From NCBI GenBank assembly GCA_019637095.1, contig JAHBWG010000047.1, forward strand, positions 6,855-70,854: a stretch of 64,000 nucleotides of DNA, read 5' to 3'. Made by a program: the position numbers and the translations under genes. This stretch comes from Sandaracinaceae bacterium (GTDB lineage: Bacteria > Myxococcota_A > Polyangia > Polyangiales > Sandaracinaceae). Positions within the stretch are counted from its first letter, which is position 1; every line of letters starts with the position of its first letter. This document shows, in pieces, positions 17,403-26,722 of this stretch. Below the pieces are notes generated by a model. It did no database searches. It was not told where the DNA came from and saw only the letters and a list, made by a program, of their open reading frames with translations.

Positions 17403-17750
17403 ATGCCTGCGGCCCGCGCGCTCTTCGCGGTCAAGCTCGTGCACACGCTCGTCTGGGCGGTGATGGCCGGCGCGATCCTCGCGCTCCCGCTCTGCGTGCT
17501 CTTCGAGGCCGACCGCGCGGCGCTCGCGATCATCCTGCTGATCGCGGCCGAGACGGCGGTCTTGCTCGTGAACGGGTGGCGCTGCCCGCTCACGCGCGTC
17601 GCCGAACGCTACACCGACGAGCGCGCGCCGAACTTCGACATCTTCCTCCCGCGCTGGCTCGCGGAGCACAACAAGGCGGTCTTCGGGTCGCTCTTCGTGC
17701 TCGGGCTCGGGCTCTACGCGCTGCGCGCCGCCGGGCTCCTCGCGCGCTGA
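17403..17750 (+). CDS. small integral membrane protein (DUF2784-like, tentative)
   Basis: ATG at 17403 is in frame with track ORF 17307..17750. Three to four TM helices and a W-x-CPLT motif (NGWRCPLTRVAE), as I recall for DUF2784. Confidence 0.65.
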   Translation: MPAARALFAVKLVHTLVWAVMAGAILALPLCVLFEADRAALAIILLIAAETAVLLVNGWRCPLTRVAERYTDERAPNFDIFLPRWLAEHNKAVFGSLFVLGLGLYALRAAGLLAR

Positions 17751-17759
17751 GCTGCGAGC

Positions 17760-19157
17760 TCACCCTCCCTGGCCTGCGAGCGCGGCGGTCCCGACGCCCG
17801 CGAAGGGGGCCGTCACCCGCACCGAGGCGGACCGCGCGCCCTCGACCGTTGGCGCGAACGCCACCGTGAAGGTGCACGAGCCCCCGCCCGAGATCGGGCC
17901 CGTGACGCAGGTGCCGCCGTCGAGGACGAAGTCGCCCGGGTTGGCGCCTTGGAGCGTGACCGTGAGCGGCTCGGGGGTCGGGGCGAGCCCGTAGTTACGG
18001 ACCGTGAAGACCTCGGGGGCGCTCATCGCGCCGATCGCGATCGTCCCGAAGTCGTGGGTGGAGGGAGAGATGACGGGGTGATCGTCGACGACCGCGCCGA
18101 GGCCGGTGAGCGTCGCGCTGGCTTCGTCGCCCGGATCGGCGGAGGCGACGAGCATCGCGAGCGCGTCGCCGATCGACGAGGGGGCGAACGAGACGTCGAG
18201 CTCGCAGCGCGCGGCGGGCGCGAGGGGCGCGCTGCACGTCGAGCGGACGATCTGGAAGTCGAGCGCGCGGGGTCCGTGGAGCGCGACGTCGGGCGCGCCG
18301 CTCGGCGCGTCTCCGCCGTTCTCGACGGTGAACGTCACGGGCGCGCTCGTCAAGCCGATGGAGGCAGCGCCGAAGTCCTGGAGCGTGGGCGTGAGCTCGA
18401 GGCGCGCCGGCGCGAGCCCGTGGCCGGTGAGCGTCGCGCGCGCCTCACCGAACCTCGCGGCGACGACGACGAGCGTCGCGGCCCGCTCGCCGCGCTCCGT
18501 CGGCGCGAAGCGCACCGAGACGGTGCAGCGCGCGTCCGGCTCGAGCGTCGCGCCCGCGCACGTCCCCGGGTCGAGCGTGAAGTCGCCGGCCGCGGCTCCC
18601 TCGAGCGACACGGAGATCGGGCCGAGGGAGCGATCGTCCGTGTGCGTGACGGTGAAGAGCACGGGCTCGCTCGCCGCGCCGACCAGCGCCTCGAAGTCGA
18701 CCGGCGTCGGTGAGACCAGGAGGTGCGGTCCGGACGTCCCCAAGCCTGCGAGCACGACCTCTCCGCCACCGCCGGGGGAAGCCTCGACGACGAGCGTGGC
18801 CATCGCGGACTGCGCCCCGACGGGGGTGAACACGACCGAGAGCTCGCAGCTCGCGCCCGGCGCGAGGCGGCCGGCGCACGTGGAGCGCGTCAGCTCGAAC
18901 GCCTCCGCGTGCGCACCCGCGAGCCGCCACGCGAGCTCGCCCGAGACGTCGTCGCCGTCGTTGGTCACCGTGAGCGTCGCGGCGGCGCTCCGCCGGCCCG
19001 GGGCGAGCTCGCCGAACTCGATCGAGCTCCGAGAGAGCGCGAGCGCGGCGCCCGCGGGCGCTCCGCCGTCCGAGGCTCCTGCGTCCGCGATCGGCTCGGG
19101 GCCAGGGCACCCGAGGAGGAGTGAGCCGAGGGCGCATACCCCCATCCATCTGCGCAT
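17760..19157 (-). CDS. choice-of-anchor-D-type repeat lipoprotein
   Basis: Lipobox LLLGC. Four ~100-aa repeats, each with a paired-Cys signature: STCAGRLAPGASCELSVVFTP, GTCAGATLEPDARCTVSVRFAP, STCSAPLAPAARCELDVSFAP, GTCVTGPISGGGSCTFTVAFAP. Confidence 0.8.
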   Translation of the reverse strand: MRRWMGVCALGSLLLGCPGPEPIADAGASDGGAPAGAALALSRSSIEFGELAPGRRSAAATLTVTNDGDDVSGELAWRLAGAHAEAFELTRSTCAGRLAPGASCELSVVFTPVGAQSAMATLVVEASPGGGGEVVLAGLGTSGPHLLVSPTPVDFEALVGAASEPVLFTVTHTDDRSLGPISVSLEGAAAGDFTLDPGTCAGATLEPDARCTVSVRFAPTERGERAATLVVVAARFGEARATLTGHGLAPARLELTPTLQDFGAASIGLTSAPVTFTVENGGDAPSGAPDVALHGPRALDFQIVRSTCSAPLAPAARCELDVSFAPSSIGDALAMLVASADPGDEASATLTGLGAVVDDHPVISPSTHDFGTIAIGAMSAPEVFTVRNYGLAPTPEPLTVTLQGANPGDFVLDGGTCVTGPISGGGSCTFTVAFAPTVEGARSASVRVTAPFAGVGTAALAGQGG

Positions 19158-19206
19158 GGCCGCTACGGTAGCAGCGGCGGCGTCAGGCGACGACCGGACG
19201 CCCGCT

Positions 19207-19824
19207 TCACGCCGCGTCGGGCGGCAGACCGACGGCGCCGAGCGCCGCGCCCGCGAGGATCGCGGGCAGCTGCGGGTCGTCGAGCCGCTCGGGCGCGTGC
19301 CGCACGATCGCGTTCATCGACGCGCGCAGCCCGTGGAAGACCGCGAGCGCGAGCAGCTCGGGGTCGCGCTCGCCGAGCACCTCCGGGAAGGCGCGCAGGT
19401 AGCTCGCGGCGAGCGCGACGCCCTGCGCGAGCCCGGCGCGCACCTCGTCGGTCTCCTCCATGAAGGAGAGGATCTCCACGACGCTCGCGTAGAGCGCGCG
19501 ATCTTCGCGGTAGATGCGCACGATCTCCTCGGCCGCGACGCGCAAGACCGACGCGGGCGAGCCGCCCGCCGAGCGCGACAAGACCGCTTGCATCATCGCG
19601 ATGTCCTGCTCGAGGCGGCGCTCGAAGAACGCGGCGATGAGCGCGCGCTTGTCCGGGAAGTACTGGTAGAGCGAGCCGACGCTGACCCCGGCGCGCTCGG
19701 CGACGCGCGTGGTCGTCGTCTTGTCGAAGCCTTCGCGCTCGAACACCTGCCCCGTCGCCTCGACGATCGCGTCCACGGTCGCGCGCGAGCGCGCCTGCCG
19801 TGGCCTCTTCTTGTCGCGCGCCAT
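19207..19824 (-). CDS. TetR/AcrR family transcriptional regulator
   Basis: ATG at 19824 (MARDKKRPRQ...). HTH: TVDAIVEATGQVFEREGFDKTTTTRVAERAGVSVGSLYQYFPDKRAL. Only the C-terminal 205 codons of track ORF 19207..20280 are plausible. Confidence 0.88.
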   Translation of the reverse strand: MARDKKRPRQARSRATVDAIVEATGQVFEREGFDKTTTTRVAERAGVSVGSLYQYFPDKRALIAAFFERRLEQDIAMMQAVLSRSAGGSPASVLRVAAEEIVRIYREDRALYASVVEILSFMEETDEVRAGLAQGVALAASYLRAFPEVLGERDPELLALAVFHGLRASMNAIVRHAPERLDDPQLPAILAGAALGAVGLPPDAA

Positions 19825-19963
19825 CGAGCGGAGCGTAGCGAAACGTGGAGAGATCCGGGCGCCGCCGCGTAAGCCGTCGCGATCATTGATGGAATGTGGC
19901 GCTGGAACACGAATTGGCCCGGGCGCCCTCGAGGCCAATCTTGGAGCGCGAGGAGGAGAAAGC

Positions 19964-20458
19964 ATGAGCCAGCCCATCACCGTCCGCGCCGCCCTCGCCG
20001 CGTTCCTCGCGCAGAACGGCTTCTCGACCGACGCGTACGACGCGCCCACCGTGGAGATCCCGTTCGGCCCCTTCACCGTGAAGCTGCCGAACAGCGACGG
20101 ACGCAAGCGCATCGTGCGCCTCCACGATCTGCACCACGTGACGACCGCGTACGGGACGGACCTCGCGGGTGAGGCGGAGATCGGCGCGTGGGAGCTGCGC
20201 GCCGGGTGCACGAACGTCGCGGGGTACGTGTACAACCTGATGGCGGTCGCGCTCGGCCTCTTCGTCGCGCCGCTCCGCACCTGGCGTGCCTTCCGCGCGG
20301 CGCGCGGCGCGACGACCCTCTACCGGCTCGGCGTCGACTACGACGCGCTGCTCGCGATGCCGGTCGCGACGCTGCGCGCGAAGATGGGCGTCCCGCCGGG
20401 CGGCGTCGCCAGCCAGGCGGCGCGCCTGCACGCCGCGGCGCCGCCGCGCGCCGCGTGA
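19964..20458 (+). CDS. Coq4-like HDxxH-motif protein (tentative)
   Basis: ATG at 19964 is preceded by AGGAGGAGAA. LHDLHHVTTAYGTDLAGEAE fits the Coq4-family HDxxH-x(10-13)-E metal-binding motif. Divergent from the TetR gene. Confidence 0.6.
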   Translation: MSQPITVRAALAAFLAQNGFSTDAYDAPTVEIPFGPFTVKLPNSDGRKRIVRLHDLHHVTTAYGTDLAGEAEIGAWELRAGCTNVAGYVYNLMAVALGLFVAPLRTWRAFRAARGATTLYRLGVDYDALLAMPVATLRAKMGVPPGGVASQAARLHAAAPPRAA

Positions 20459-20468
20459 CCGCGCGACC

Positions 20469-20837
20469 TCACGCGGGCTCGCCGCCGACGTCGATGCCGA
20501 GCGCCGCGAGCGCGTCGCGCACTTCGTCGAACGCGAGCGCGTAGGGGCCGAGGTCCGGGTCGTCCGCGGTGCCGGGGAGCTCGAGTCGCTCCGCCACCCA
20601 GAACGCCCAGTCGGCGGGCACGGGGCCGGCGGCGATCACCTCGGCGCGGCGCGCTTCGAGCGAGCGATCTCCGGCGTCGTGCGCGAGCAGGATGAGGTGC
20701 GTCTCGCCCGCGCCCATGCGCCAGCCGAGGTCGAACGGGTGCATGCCCGGGAAGGCGACCCACGGCAGGCGCACGCGCCCGTGGCGCCGGCGCTCGTCGA
20801 CCAGCGCGCGCTCGAGCGGTGCGGGCAGCTCGCTCAC
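20469..20837 (-). CDS. hypothetical protein
   Basis: Non-repetitive 122-aa ORF with balanced composition (MSELPAPLERALVDERRRHGRVRLPWVAFPGMHPFDLGWRMGAGETH...). No family recognised. Confidence 0.55.
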   Translation of the reverse strand: MSELPAPLERALVDERRRHGRVRLPWVAFPGMHPFDLGWRMGAGETHLILLAHDAGDRSLEARRAEVIAAGPVPADWAFWVAERLELPGTADDPDLGPYALAFDEVRDALAALGIDVGGEPA

Positions 20838-20935
20838 CGTGCGAGGTTACCCCCGAGCTCGCCGCCGCGGACACGCCCACGTCGACGCGAGCCCCACCGC
20901 GGGGCGGGCGCTGCGGAGCACCCTCGGCCAAGCTC

Positions 20936-21910
20936 TCAGCGGAACGCGCCCTGCGAGCCCGCGCTCGCGCCGATCGGGCGCAGCAGCTGGACGGCGGCCT
21001 TCGCTTGATCGAGCGACGGCGGCTCCGCGAACACGAGCTCGACGTGGCGTTCGCTCGCGACGAGCGTCGCCGGCGCGACCCGCGCGAGCTCGCGCTCGAG
21101 GCCCGGCGCGACCAGCCCGTCGGGGATCGGGCGCGCGGGCGCGCCCCCCTCGGCGACCGCGACCTCGACCTCCGGGGTGCCCGGGCGTGCGTCGACGCGC
21201 GCGAGGTAGATCGCCCCGTCCGCGCCGGGGCGGACGAGGAAGCGCACGTCGACCACGCCTTGGCGCACGCGCACGCGCGGCCCCTCGTCGCTCGCCGGCT
21301 CGTACGTCGCGTCGTCGAGGGTCGAGAGCCCGCGCAGGTGATCGGCTCCGTGGCGCGCGAGCGCCGCGACCAGCGCGACGACGGCGTCGAGGATCGCGAG
21401 CTCCGTCTCGGCGCCGTGCCACAGCGCCTCGACGCGCGCGCCGTCGCTGCGGATCGTGAGCGGGCGCCCGATCGCCTCGGCGAGCGCGCGCGCCTCGCGC
21501 GTGAACGCGGCGCGCGCGTCGCCGGCCCCGGTGCGGAGCGGGACGGGCATCCCGTCCTCGGGCGGCTCGCCGACCGTCCGCGGCTGCGCGACGAAGCGCG
21601 GCCCGACGCCGAGGACGAAGCGCGCCTCGGCGTAGGTGTACGCCTCCGCGTCGGGCGAGACCGGCACCTTCAGGCGCGCGAGCACGCTCGCGTCGTCGCG
21701 CTCGACGTGGAGCCGCAGCTCGCGCGGCTCGAGCGCGCGGCGCGTGCCCACCTCGAGCCGGCCGCCGAGGTGGGCCGCCGCTTCCGTCCAGCGCCGCTCC
21801 ATCGCGTCCTGGTAGGGGCTCGCGCGCCGCGCCGCGCCGAGCGCCGCCGCGCCGACCCCGCCGAGCAGCGTGGCGACCACCATCCCGATGACGATCCACT
21901 CGGGGCCCAT
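20936..21910 (-). CDS. membrane-anchored hypothetical protein
   Basis: ATG at 21910 (MGPEWIVIGMVVATLLGGVGAAALGAARR) gives an N-terminal TM anchor followed by a non-repetitive soluble domain. The upstream part of track ORF 20936..22795 is Arg-rich artefact. Confidence 0.6.
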   Translation of the reverse strand: MGPEWIVIGMVVATLLGGVGAAALGAARRASPYQDAMERRWTEAAAHLGGRLEVGTRRALEPRELRLHVERDDASVLARLKVPVSPDAEAYTYAEARFVLGVGPRFVAQPRTVGEPPEDGMPVPLRTGAGDARAAFTREARALAEAIGRPLTIRSDGARVEALWHGAETELAILDAVVALVAALARHGADHLRGLSTLDDATYEPASDEGPRVRVRQGVVDVRFLVRPGADGAIYLARVDARPGTPEVEVAVAEGGAPARPIPDGLVAPGLERELARVAPATLVASERHVELVFAEPPSLDQAKAAVQLLRPIGASAGSQGAFR

Positions 21911-21936
21911 GGCGAGCGTGTAGCACCGTTCGCGAG

Positions 21937-22716
21937 TCACCGCGCGGCGCACGCGGCGTCGGCGGGGACGAACGAGCGGCCATCGAGCTCGAGCACCGTC
22001 CTGCACACGCGAGCGCGCCGCCGCTCCTCCACCGTGCGGACGGTCAGGTGGTAGCTCGGGAGGGTGCCGCGACGAAGGACGAGCGTCCGCGTCGCTCGGA
22101 CCACCCCGTCGCGACGAGGCCCAGCCTCGGTGACCTCGCTCACCACGAGATCGAGGGCCGTGACGAGCGCGCCGTCGATCACGTGGGCGAGCACGAAGCG
22201 GCGGCGCACGTAGCGCGGATCGGCGCCGCCCCGCACGTCGACGTGCTCGACGCGCAAGAGGTCGTGTCCGAGGCCCGCGACCGTCTCCGCGCGCAAGACC
22301 CGCAGGCCGGGCACGTCGTCGAGCGTGCCGTTCCACGACCAGTCGTTGTCGAAGAGGAGCCTGCCGATGGAGGTCCACGACGTGCCGCGGCACGCGAGCA
22401 CCCACACGGCGCTGTGGCCGTCGTGCGCGCTCGAGCCGTCGCCGATCGCGTCGACGCCCAGGACGGCCTCGCGCGGTGCGACGCCATCGAGCTCGAGCTC
22501 GGTCACGCGCGGGGCCGTGGTGCCCCGAGGATCCTCGTCCGCAGGCGGCTCCACCGAGAAGCCCGCTCGCTCGGCCTCGGGCACGGCAGCCCAGAGCGGG
22601 GCGACGAGCGCGGGACCGCACGGGCTGCCCGGCGAAGGCGACGTCTGTGCGCTCACCGAGACCGCGGGGGCGACTACGACGACGAGCGCCACGATGCTCG
22701 ACGGAGTGATGCGCAT
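21937..22716 (-). CDS. secreted hypothetical protein
   Basis: MRITPSSIVALVVVVAPAVSVSAQ signal from the ATG at 22716. An alternative ATG lies at 22752. Non-repetitive body. Confidence 0.6.
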   Translation of the reverse strand: MRITPSSIVALVVVVAPAVSVSAQTSPSPGSPCGPALVAPLWAAVPEAERAGFSVEPPADEDPRGTTAPRVTELELDGVAPREAVLGVDAIGDGSSAHDGHSAVWVLACRGTSWTSIGRLLFDNDWSWNGTLDDVPGLRVLRAETVAGLGHDLLRVEHVDVRGGADPRYVRRRFVLAHVIDGALVTALDLVVSEVTEAGPRRDGVVRATRTLVLRRGTLPSYHLTVRTVEERRRARVCRTVLELDGRSFVPADAACAAR

Positions 22717-22917
22717 GACGCGGACGATGCGCGGCACCGCCGCGCGAGGCAACTCGCGCCGCCCCCAGGCATCGCTCGGCGAGCGGGGGCTTCACCTTTC
22801 CGACGGTCCCGACGGCGACGTTCGCGTCCCCGCTGAGGCGCGGTGCGCCGCTCCCGTTCGGATGGATGAATCCGAGGAGCGCTGACGGCAGCGATCGCTC
22901 ATGGTACCAGTACGCGT

Positions 22918-24939
22918 GTGGAGCTGTCCGAGACGGGTCGCCTCGATGCGCCGCTGACGCGCCTCGCGTCGCAGCTCACGAGTCCGGGCGCGCGGATCCT
23001 CGTCGTCGGCCCGACGGGCTCCGGCCGCACCACGCTGATGGCGCTCCTCGCCCGGGATCACGGGCTCGTCACCGTGGAGCCGCCGCCGCTGAGCGACGCG
23101 GATGCCCCGCTGCATGCCCTCGTCCAGCTCGCCCAACCTCTGGGCGCCGAGGCCCTCGCCGCGGCGCACGATGGCGCGCGCGACATCGCCGAGCGTGCCG
23201 CGCTCCTGGCGCGCATGCTCGTCGACTCGAAGAGAGCCGCGATTGCCATCCGGTTACCGGTGTCGTGGCGCTTCGCGAACGACGCGCAAGATCGCGATCC
23301 CGATCGTGCTCGGTGGGGCGATCGCGCGCGTGTGCTGCTCGAGTCGTTGTGTGCGAATCCGGCGCTCAAGATCGTGCTCTTCGCCGGGCTCCCCGACGAT
23401 CTGCCTGTATCGTTGACGTTCGCGAGCCCCATCGTCCTCGAGCGCATGCCGCTCCGCGAGGGCGCGTTCGACGATCTCTCTCCGTTCGGTCCGTACGAGC
23501 CCTTCGCGAAAGAGGTCGCAGCGCTGTGCGTCGATCACGGCGTCGCGCCGACCCCGATTCAGTTTCGCGTTGCGGTCGGACTGCGCGCGCTCGAGGCGTT
23601 TCGCGGTCGGGACGTGGAGCTCCTCGCCAAGGTCTCGAGCATCCAGGTCCTCGAGCAGCGGCTGGTCCGCGCGCTCACGAAGGACACCTCGGTGGCGGGT
23701 GCGGCGCTCCGGCTCGCGCTCGCTCGCCGGCCCATTCCTGCGGCCTGGCTGGAGGCGCTGACGCAGGTCCCGGACGCCCACGCACCCCTCCTCACGGAGT
23801 GCCTCGCGTACGGGGGCGCGAACGTGCGCATGCACGAACGCATCCGAGCGGCGGTCCTCTCGCTCTCTCGCGCGCCCTTCGGCCAGGCCATCGACGCAGA
23901 CCTCGAAGCCGCTCACTACGCCTACGCCAAGGAGCATCGCACGCTCGACGGAACGGCAGCGCTCGAACACTCGAACGCGCCGATCGACTGGATGGAGCGC
24001 GTCCACCATCTCGCGGGCTCCGGGGCCTGGGGGGCGAGCGAGTGGGGTACGCTCGTCCTCTCGTCGGCCGAACACTACTGGGCGCGCGGTCGCGCGCTGA
24101 GCCGCGCGCGCGACTACGCTGGCGCTGCCGCTGTGTATGCGCGGTGCCTCGACCACTTCGGTCCGAACGACCCGTACGCCCAGCACTACTATGGGTGGAA
24201 CCTCGATCGCGCCGGCGGTGACGCGGCCTCCGCGGAGAAGGCGCTGCGCGAGGCGCTCGCACTCGAGCCCGAACACCCATGGTGGAACGGTCGCCTCGTC
24301 ACCTTCCTGATCGACCACGCGCGCTACATCGCGGCTCGCCGCGAGTGGCGCGAGGCTCTCGATCGCCTCGATGCGGGCAGTGAGAGGATCGCGCGCAACG
24401 AGTACCTCGCGCACCACTTCCACCTGTGGGTCGTCCGCGCGTGGCTCGACGCCGCCGAGGTGGAGCTCGCGCGTGACGCGTTCGACGCGATCCCGGTGAC
24501 CGTGACCTCTCCGGCGTTGCGCGCGCTCGGAGAGCGGCTCCTCGACGCCGAGGAGGCGCGCACGCTCGGTGAGTCGGTCTACCCGGCCAGTGTGCCGAAG
24601 GACGAGCGATGGAAGCGACCCCGCCGCTTGCCGGAGGCGAGCCCGAACGGAGCGGCGCGGCGCGCGTGGTACCCGGGTCGCGTGATCGAGTCCAGCCACG
24701 ACGTCGTGATGATCGTCTTCGCCACGACGGGCGAGGAGCCGCGGCGCGTGAAGCTCAAGGAGCTGCCGAGCGCAGACTGGAAGCAAGCGGCGCGCTTTCC
24801 CCCCGCGGGTTTCTTCGAGCTCGGCAGCTACGAGGACGGGACGATCATCATCCTCCCGGTGGACGATCCCGCCCCCGACTGGGCGAGCCCGCTCGACGTG
24901 GAGCACGAGCTGCGGCACTTCCGGGGACGCGGCGACTGA
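22918..24939 (+). CDS. P-loop NTPase with TPR-like C-terminal half (STAND-like architecture)
   Basis: GTG start. Walker A ILVVGPTGSGRTTLMALL. TPR-like helices in the C-terminal half (ARDYAGAAAVYARCLDHFGPNDPYAQHYYGWNLDRAGGDAASAEKALREALALEPEHPWWN). Small C-terminal beta-rich domain. The stop overlaps the next gene's start (TGATG). Confidence 0.8.
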   Translation: MELSETGRLDAPLTRLASQLTSPGARILVVGPTGSGRTTLMALLARDHGLVTVEPPPLSDADAPLHALVQLAQPLGAEALAAAHDGARDIAERAALLARMLVDSKRAAIAIRLPVSWRFANDAQDRDPDRARWGDRARVLLESLCANPALKIVLFAGLPDDLPVSLTFASPIVLERMPLREGAFDDLSPFGPYEPFAKEVAALCVDHGVAPTPIQFRVAVGLRALEAFRGRDVELLAKVSSIQVLEQRLVRALTKDTSVAGAALRLALARRPIPAAWLEALTQVPDAHAPLLTECLAYGGANVRMHERIRAAVLSLSRAPFGQAIDADLEAAHYAYAKEHRTLDGTAALEHSNAPIDWMERVHHLAGSGAWGASEWGTLVLSSAEHYWARGRALSRARDYAGAAAVYARCLDHFGPNDPYAQHYYGWNLDRAGGDAASAEKALREALALEPEHPWWNGRLVTFLIDHARYIAARREWREALDRLDAGSERIARNEYLAHHFHLWVVRAWLDAAEVELARDAFDAIPVTVTSPALRALGERLLDAEEARTLGESVYPASVPKDERWKRPRRLPEASPNGAARRAWYPGRVIESSHDVVMIVFATTGEEPRRVKLKELPSADWKQAARFPPAGFFELGSYEDGTIIILPVDDPAPDWASPLDVEHELRHFRGRGD

Positions 24940-25418
24940 TGCCCCCGCTCCCGCTGGCTTCGTTGGGGAGGAACCTCCTCCCCGACCTGCTCTACGTCTT
25001 CGTCGCAGGACCAGGCACCGGCGAGGGGATCGCCGTCGCGCTGCCCGGCGCCGACTGGATCGTGGTCGACGGCTGCGAGGTCGGAGGCGCGAGCGTGACC
25101 GCGGCGATCCTCCGTGCGTACCTGCGATCCGGCGACGAGCAGCGCGCCTTCTTCCTCACGCACCCACACGACGACCACGTGGGCGGTGTTCCCGAGCTCC
25201 TCGAGCGCCATCGGCCCGACGCCGTCTGGCTCACGGCGAAAGCACCGCACGGGCCGCACTTGCTCGAGGTGTGCAGGGCGTGGCTGACGAAGCTCGAAGC
25301 CCGGCCGACGTCGGACGGGCTCCGCGCGCGAGGAGTGCACGGCGCGCTCAAGGCGATCCGGGCTGGGAAGCGAGCACCGGCCGAAGGATCTCGTGCGCCG
25401 TCGAGGGTGCGTCGATGA
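24939..25418 (+). CDS. MBL-fold metallo-hydrolase, N-terminal part (HxHxDH)
   Basis: ATG at 24939 overlaps the NTPase stop by 1 nt. FFLTHPHDDHVGGVPELL is the MBL HxHxDH motif. The last ~20 codons have poor GC3 and end in an ATGA overlap with the next ORF. See the frameshift finding. Confidence 0.7.
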   Translation: MPPLPLASLGRNLLPDLLYVFVAGPGTGEGIAVALPGADWIVVDGCEVGGASVTAAILRAYLRSGDEQRAFFLTHPHDDHVGGVPELLERHRPDAVWLTAKAPHGPHLLEVCRAWLTKLEARPTSDGLRARGVHGALKAIRAGKRAPAEGSRAPSRVRR

Positions 25419-26074
25419 CGTTTGGCGCGGTCGGTGTGACCGTCTGCGCTCCCGCGGTGATCCCGCACCTCGACGACGTCCTCTCGGAGCTGGAGGGCGG
25501 AACGCGCGCCCGCGCGAACCACTCGAGCATGGTCCTCGAGCTCTCGTACGGGGCGACCCGGATCGTGCTCGGCGGCGACTTGCCGCGGGTCGAGAGCGGC
25601 TCGGGGAAGGCCGTTCCCACCGGCTGGGGCCACGTCATGGAGTCGTACTCACGGCTCGCCGAGCATCAATTGCTGAAGATCGCGCATCACGGCTCGATCG
25701 CGGCCTGGCACGACGACCTGATGGCGCCGCCGCCTTCGGAGCGGGCCTGGGCGGTCACGCCGTTCGCCAGGAGCAGCCTTCCCCGCGCCGGCTCGCTCCC
25801 CGCTCTGCTGGCATGCGAGCAACCGCTCTACGTCTCGCACCCTCCTCCCTCGTGGCACGTCGTTCGTGGTCCGCGCGGAGCTCCCGTGAGCGCGAGCTCG
25901 ATCCACGATCGCCGTGACGTCGCACGGACAGGTGATCCCTTCGCCGACGCCGCGGAGGATATCCGCCCTCAGCCTCCGGTCGATCCGCTCCACCCGGTGT
26001 GGGCGTTCGCGTTCGACGATGCTGCCAAGCTTCGTGGGGCGTGGTACGGCGACACCGCGCTCACGGTCGTCTGA
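25415..26074 (+). CDS. MBL-fold (ComEC-type) hydrolase, C-terminal part
   Basis: NHSSMVLELSYGATRIVLGGDL and LLKIAHHGS match the distal motifs of ComEC-like MBL domains. The coding signal in this frame already starts upstream of the ATG, near 25350. Confidence 0.7.
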   Translation: MTFGAVGVTVCAPAVIPHLDDVLSELEGGTRARANHSSMVLELSYGATRIVLGGDLPRVESGSGKAVPTGWGHVMESYSRLAEHQLLKIAHHGSIAAWHDDLMAPPPSERAWAVTPFARSSLPRAGSLPALLACEQPLYVSHPPPSWHVVRGPRGAPVSASSIHDRRDVARTGDPFADAAEDIRPQPPVDPLHPVWAFAFDDAAKLRGAWYGDTALTVV

Positions 26075-26722
26075 TCAGAAGGCGCGGATGCCTTGCAGGT
26101 TGAAGTCGAGGATCACCTCGGCGAGGTGATCGAGGTCGAGCTCCTCGTCGGGCGTGCTGACGACGAGCGCGGCGAACTGCTTGACCGAGCCGAGGATCAG
26201 CCACGCCGTCAGGTCGGTGTCGATCGCGCGGATCAGCCCGATCCGCTGGCCGTTCGCGAGCGACTCGCTCAGCCAGCGGTGCAGGCGCCCGTAGAACGCG
26301 TCGAGCATCGCGTCGACCTCGCCGTCGAGCCCGATCGCTTCGCGCAGGATGAGCTTCGCGAGCGCGCGGTCCGAGCGGAAGACGGCGAACAGGCGGCGCA
26401 CGGTGGCGAGGAGCTGGTCGCGCACCGGCAGCGCGCCGGGCGTGAGATCGACGCCGCTGACGCTCTCGTCGAGGCGCGAGAGCACGTCCTCGAGCAGCTC
26501 GTGGAAGATCGCCGTCTTGGAGTCGAAGTAGAGGTAGAAGGTCCCGCGCGCGATCGAGGCCGCCTCGATGATGTCGGCGATGCGCGTCTGGTGGTAGCCG
26601 CGCTCGCTGAAGACGGCGAGCGCGACGTCGAGGATGTGCTGGCGGCGGCGCGCGCGCTTCTGCTTGGCGCGGACCGTCCGGCCGTCGGCGTCGTGGTCGG
26701 TGGCGTGCGCGTGCGGGCTCAT
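26075..26722 (-). CDS. TetR/AcrR family transcriptional regulator (last gene of lipid operon)
   Basis: ATG at 26722 (ATGA overlap with the PlsC stop). HTH: ILDVALAVFSERGYHQTRIADIIEAASIARGTFYLYFDSKTAIF. Confidence 0.88.
   Translation of the reverse strand: MSPHAHATDHDADGRTVRAKQKRARRRQHILDVALAVFSERGYHQTRIADIIEAASIARGTFYLYFDSKTAIFHELLEDVLSRLDESVSGVDLTPGALPVRDQLLATVRRLFAVFRSDRALAKLILREAIGLDGEVDAMLDAFYGRLHRWLSESLANGQRIGLIRAIDTDLTAWLILGSVKQFAALVVSTPDEELDLDHLAEVILDFNLQGIRAF

Noticed and set aside
19913-19939. Inverted repeat ATTGGCC-N13-GGCCAAT between the second TetR gene and the Coq4-like gene
   Set aside because: The arms are only 7 bp long, in very GC-rich DNA, and the internal spacing is asymmetric. 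This is too weak to call as an operator without binding data.
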